This document shows, in pieces, positions 60,271 through 64,000 of a stretch of 64,000 bases of DNA. The notes under the pieces are model-generated. The model saw only the letters and a program-made list of their open reading frames with translations. It had not been told where the DNA came from and made no database searches. Each line of letters opens with the position of its first letter. Within the stretch, counting starts at the first letter, position 1. A program made the position numbers and the translations under genes. The DNA comes from Takakia lepidozioides. Its lineage: Eukaryota > Plantae > Bryophyta. Location of the stretch: assembly GCA_030704615.1 (NCBI GenBank), contig CM060733.1:43772001-43836000 (forward strand). The letters are read 5' to 3'.

Positions 60271-61859
60271 TATTGATCACACCCCCGGGCACAAACTATT
60301 GCTAAGGTACTTCAACAGTATGAATTCTGGCATTAATTCTTCAACCTGACCTGCAATTTGATTTAATTCTTCAACCCGACTGGTTTCTCTTCCCGCTCCG
60401 AGTTTAAATATCAGCCAATTACCGAGGGTAGCTAGGCCCTTCAGGCCATCCTTAAGGTCCTCGCCTTCGTCACAGACCGACAAGTTCAGGGAAGTTTAAT
60501 GCCTAACCTGATTTTGCTAGGACATTTTATGTGCTTCCAACTTGCCCTTATCCACTTTAGCCTCCAAATCAGCTTCATCTACCATGCTCAGTTCTTCCTG
60601 CCTAATATTTGTTTCATTGAAAATCTCTTCTACCCGATATTGCCAGTACTTGACCTGTTTAACATGATGGTCTTTCTTCCAAGAAATAGAGTGGATCATC
60701 TTACGGTATTTGGTATTTCAGTTGATGCCAGCATCTGACCCAAATGTCATGATACTTTACAACGTCCTTGGAAAGCTGAAAGAGCTTATGGGACAGGAGA
60801 AGGCATGAAACAAGAAAAGAGAGTGTCTTGTACAAAATGAGAGGGTCTCTCTCTGTCTCTAGGTGGTCTTTGAATGCTCCTAGACATCTTGCAAGTCTGT
60901 ATTGGTAGGTCTGTGTCAATGCGCATAGGCTTTGATCGTCTCGTTTAGACTTTCAAGATGTTATATTATGTCATGTTAGTAAATTGTCGTTTAGTACGTG
61001 GCTGCATTTTGACTTTGCTGGCTAATTTGCAGGAAGCTCATTTTGGGCGACCAGTCGAGCTGCAAGAAATCCAGGAGTTGTTTGTGAGCAAAACAATGAC
61101 ATCAGAGAGAATGGTGAGTTGTTTTTAAATCTCACCTCAGTTGCAAATGAGTCTGCATGTGTCAGTGGTGTGCACCCATTAGGATGTGTGAGCGGGTCCA
61201 TTCGATTGCGCAAGATTCCTTTAAACCTCCACTTCATGACAACTTGCCCTTGCATTTGTTTTCTTGCAACATCGTGGTTGTGGTGATAATTCTTTTTCTC
61301 ATTCAATACTGTTGTTCTTGGCAGGAGGCAAGTGAGGGCTACTGTAGTATCGTGTGCAAAGTCGAGGAGCTAGGAAGAGAAACCACTGCTCAGTGGGAAG
61401 ACATCATCAATTTGAAGGCTTGTGTCTCGCAGATGATGCTTTAGCAAAAAACGATAGCCAACAAGTTTGGCATCTCTATATCAGTGTCTCCGGCTGTGGG
61501 GACATCTGCAACAGCCAGCAAGTGCATAGACGCAGCTCGCACATCCAGGCGCCTAGAGGACAACTTCGAGATACCCCCTGCAGTTGCATCAGTGTTGTCT
61601 TCCCCCCCGTGTATGTCATGATCAATTGCAAGTGGGCAATTCCCCCTGCGATGGCACGGGAGATGAGGACGCAAGCAAATTACAGGCAAATTACCTGGCA
61701 TGCTGAAGGATCCCGTACTTTTGTCTGACGTTATGGATCCCATGTCAAAAGGAGCATGCCTTGATTCAGAGGCAGCCGGAGAATCACTAGGCATGAAGGG
61801 GGATGATTGTGCAATTGATCTTGGTTCCCCTCGGGTTGTGGTCCACTCCCCATTATTTG

Positions 61860-62400
61860 TTGAAGAAGAAGGATAGAGATCCGACCAGTGCAAAACATTT
61901 ATTGATTCTAGATGTAAATGGCTTGCTTTGTGAGTGTATACATGTTGGTAGTGTTGCAGGGTATATTCCAGATAGCCTTGTTGGCAGAGCCTGTGGCAGT
62001 AAAATGGTGTTGATGAGGCTTGGCTGCATTGATTTTTTGAACAAATGTTTTGCGCACTTTGAGGTGGCAGTGTGGTCTTGCATGACACCTCACAACTTCC
62101 AACCTGTTGTGGAGTGGATTTTCCGTGGCCGGCCTAAACTTGTGTTTCAGTGGGATGGTGGTTACTGTGAACAATCAAGTGAGAGAAATGACAGGCACCA
62201 TCTAAGCCCATCTTTTTCAAGAACCTGTCAACAGACTTATGGCGAGAATTTCTGTATGGAATGAGAGCCTTGGAGAAGCGGGGCTGCCGGGGCAACTTCT
62301 GACCAGTTCCTCAATACAAAGTTGTGGCCTTTCTTGGAGGGGGCAGCAAAGGCAGCCTCAATTCCAGAGTATGTGAGGGCCCATCCTCGGTTTGGACAAG
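61860..62400 (+). pseudogene. FCP1/NIF-like HAD phosphatase-domain remnant
   Basis: KHLLILDVNGLL...RLGCIDFLNKCFAHFEVAVWS; frameshifted downstream. Confidence 0.65.
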
Positions 62401-64000
62401 CTTCACATAGCGCCCTCACAACCCAGCACCCGCAGGTAACTCCGGATTTGAGCGTCATGGCATTGTGTTGCCTAGAAGAAAATACTCTATGCAAACACAG
62501 TGAATTGTATGTCAATGCAATGTGGAATGCTAGGTGTGTAGCTCTGTCTAGTTTAGCTTTTGTCTAGTTTTAGTTTAAATTTGTGTGTAGCTTTAGCTAT
62601 AGGGGAGTAAGCTGCCAGCATAGCAAGCACTATGGCTATAACCTGCTCATAGCTCGGTGTATCTCCGCTACCACTCATCGTGCAATAAGCTTTGTCTGTG
62701 CAGGTGCCTGCTGGGATTACGCAAGTCTCTGGCCACAGGGCATTGCAGGTAAGATTATTCCACTGCCCCATCTAATCTGCAGTGGCTTATCGCCAACCCA
62801 TTTGCAAGTGGTACTTGTGGAACCAAGTCCAATGTGTGGAGCATATAATGTTGTATATGAGCCCTTTGACTTCGCACAACATGCTACACCGTTGACTTCA
62901 ATCTACTCATATGTTGACCGGCAAATGGACCCCTTTGATTATGAAGCTTAAACATTCACATGTGTTCTATTCTAAATCTTAGGGACATCCTAAACTCTAA
63001 ACTTCATTAGTGCTTTGCTAAAGTTCTGCAGTTAGCTTCTTTTGACAAGCTTTTAGTTTGAACAAAGACTCTGGATTTATATTCCTTTCTAGTTTATGTC
63101 AAGTTATAATAGAGTCAACTATATATTTGAGAGATATTATTGACTATCGCCATCAAGCCATTTTTAGGCTTAAAAGGTTATCTTTTTCTATTTAGACATA
63201 AAGTTATATTTTAGACACAAAAATAACTTTTTCCTATTCTAGACAACCAAACAACTTTGTTCTACCTATTCTAGGCTTGTGCCTATTTTGAGACAACCCC
63301 TTACAGCAGCATATAAGTTGGGGGTGAGGCTCTATGTACCTCATTGCATTTCTCTCCTACTAATGAGCTCACTTCTTGAGCGAAACTAGTATGGGACTTT
63401 ATAGAGATTTGCTATTCTTCATCTAAGGGTTAATGTCTCTGCTGTGCTGTTGAGCTTTAGGTTTGCTATCATCTATTGCTCTAGTTCCATTGCATTCGGT
63501 TGCTTTGTCTCTATGGCATTACATGCATTAAACTCCTTCTCGAGTGTTGCACATTAGATGAGCATCTAAGTCGTTCCCTCTTTTTGCCTATTTGTTGCAT
63601 CTTGGAACATCTCAACATCACTTCTTTGGTAGCTTTCTGTCTCTTAGGATCAACGCTATTAGTTTTGATTCATAGGATCTAGATATCTAGATATCTGTGG
63701 CCTTTGGTATTGTCCACTACGCTCCTTTTACGTTGGTAGAGTTCTAGCGCGACTACCGAAACACTTTCCCGGCTCCCACTAGAACGTTCTCTATTTTACA
63801 ACGTTCTCCCCACATCCAACAACCATGTGGGGGCCACTTACCACTCGCTTTATAAGTTTCAAACAAACTCGCAGATGTCAACTCCCTTTTAGTTGATTTT
63901 ATTTTTCATGCGGCTAGGATACATATATCCTCTTTTTTAAAGCCTCGACTATCAAACTTACGCAAACTTGAGAGGCATTGGTCCTATATGCTTACTTTAT

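Overview
Transposon-rich nuclear DNA from a land plant, probably a non-seed lineage (inferred from the DYW-PPR style and the TE content), with a 500-N gap at 31355-31854. The only clear host gene is a PLS-DYW PPR RNA-editing factor (1672-4299, -), which appears to splice onto upstream OSB-type PDF-motif exons. The rest is nested mobile DNA. The main discovery is a 13.4-kb Mutator-superfamily DNA transposon (32059-45440; short TIRs, 7-bp TSD TCTGGGA) with two divergent genes: a GCM-like/DDE/SWIM transposase (+) and a large intron-containing gene (-) fusing a ParB/Srx-like domain (VWDGNHR) to a prokaryote-style beta-class N4C/N6A DNA methyltransferase (DMILLDIPDG...ILDLTCGTG|ASMWAG...FEPD). Its non-coding DNA is packed with tandem arrays built on one palindrome (GGAAATTCGGCGCCGAATTTCC). 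A second near-identical copy (24062-gap), a diverged MULE relative (48.0-52.7 kb) and a third, more distant ParB-MTase gene are also present. The third gene is split by a 37-kb nested insertion, has a different palindrome array and lies next to CACTA transposase remnants. Also present: three Ty3/gypsy elements plus degenerate remnants (one with three small paralogous ORFs ahead of gag), a circularly permuted 1-kb retro fragment and a tRNA-like sequence. All domain calls are by-eye motif recognition; no searches were run.
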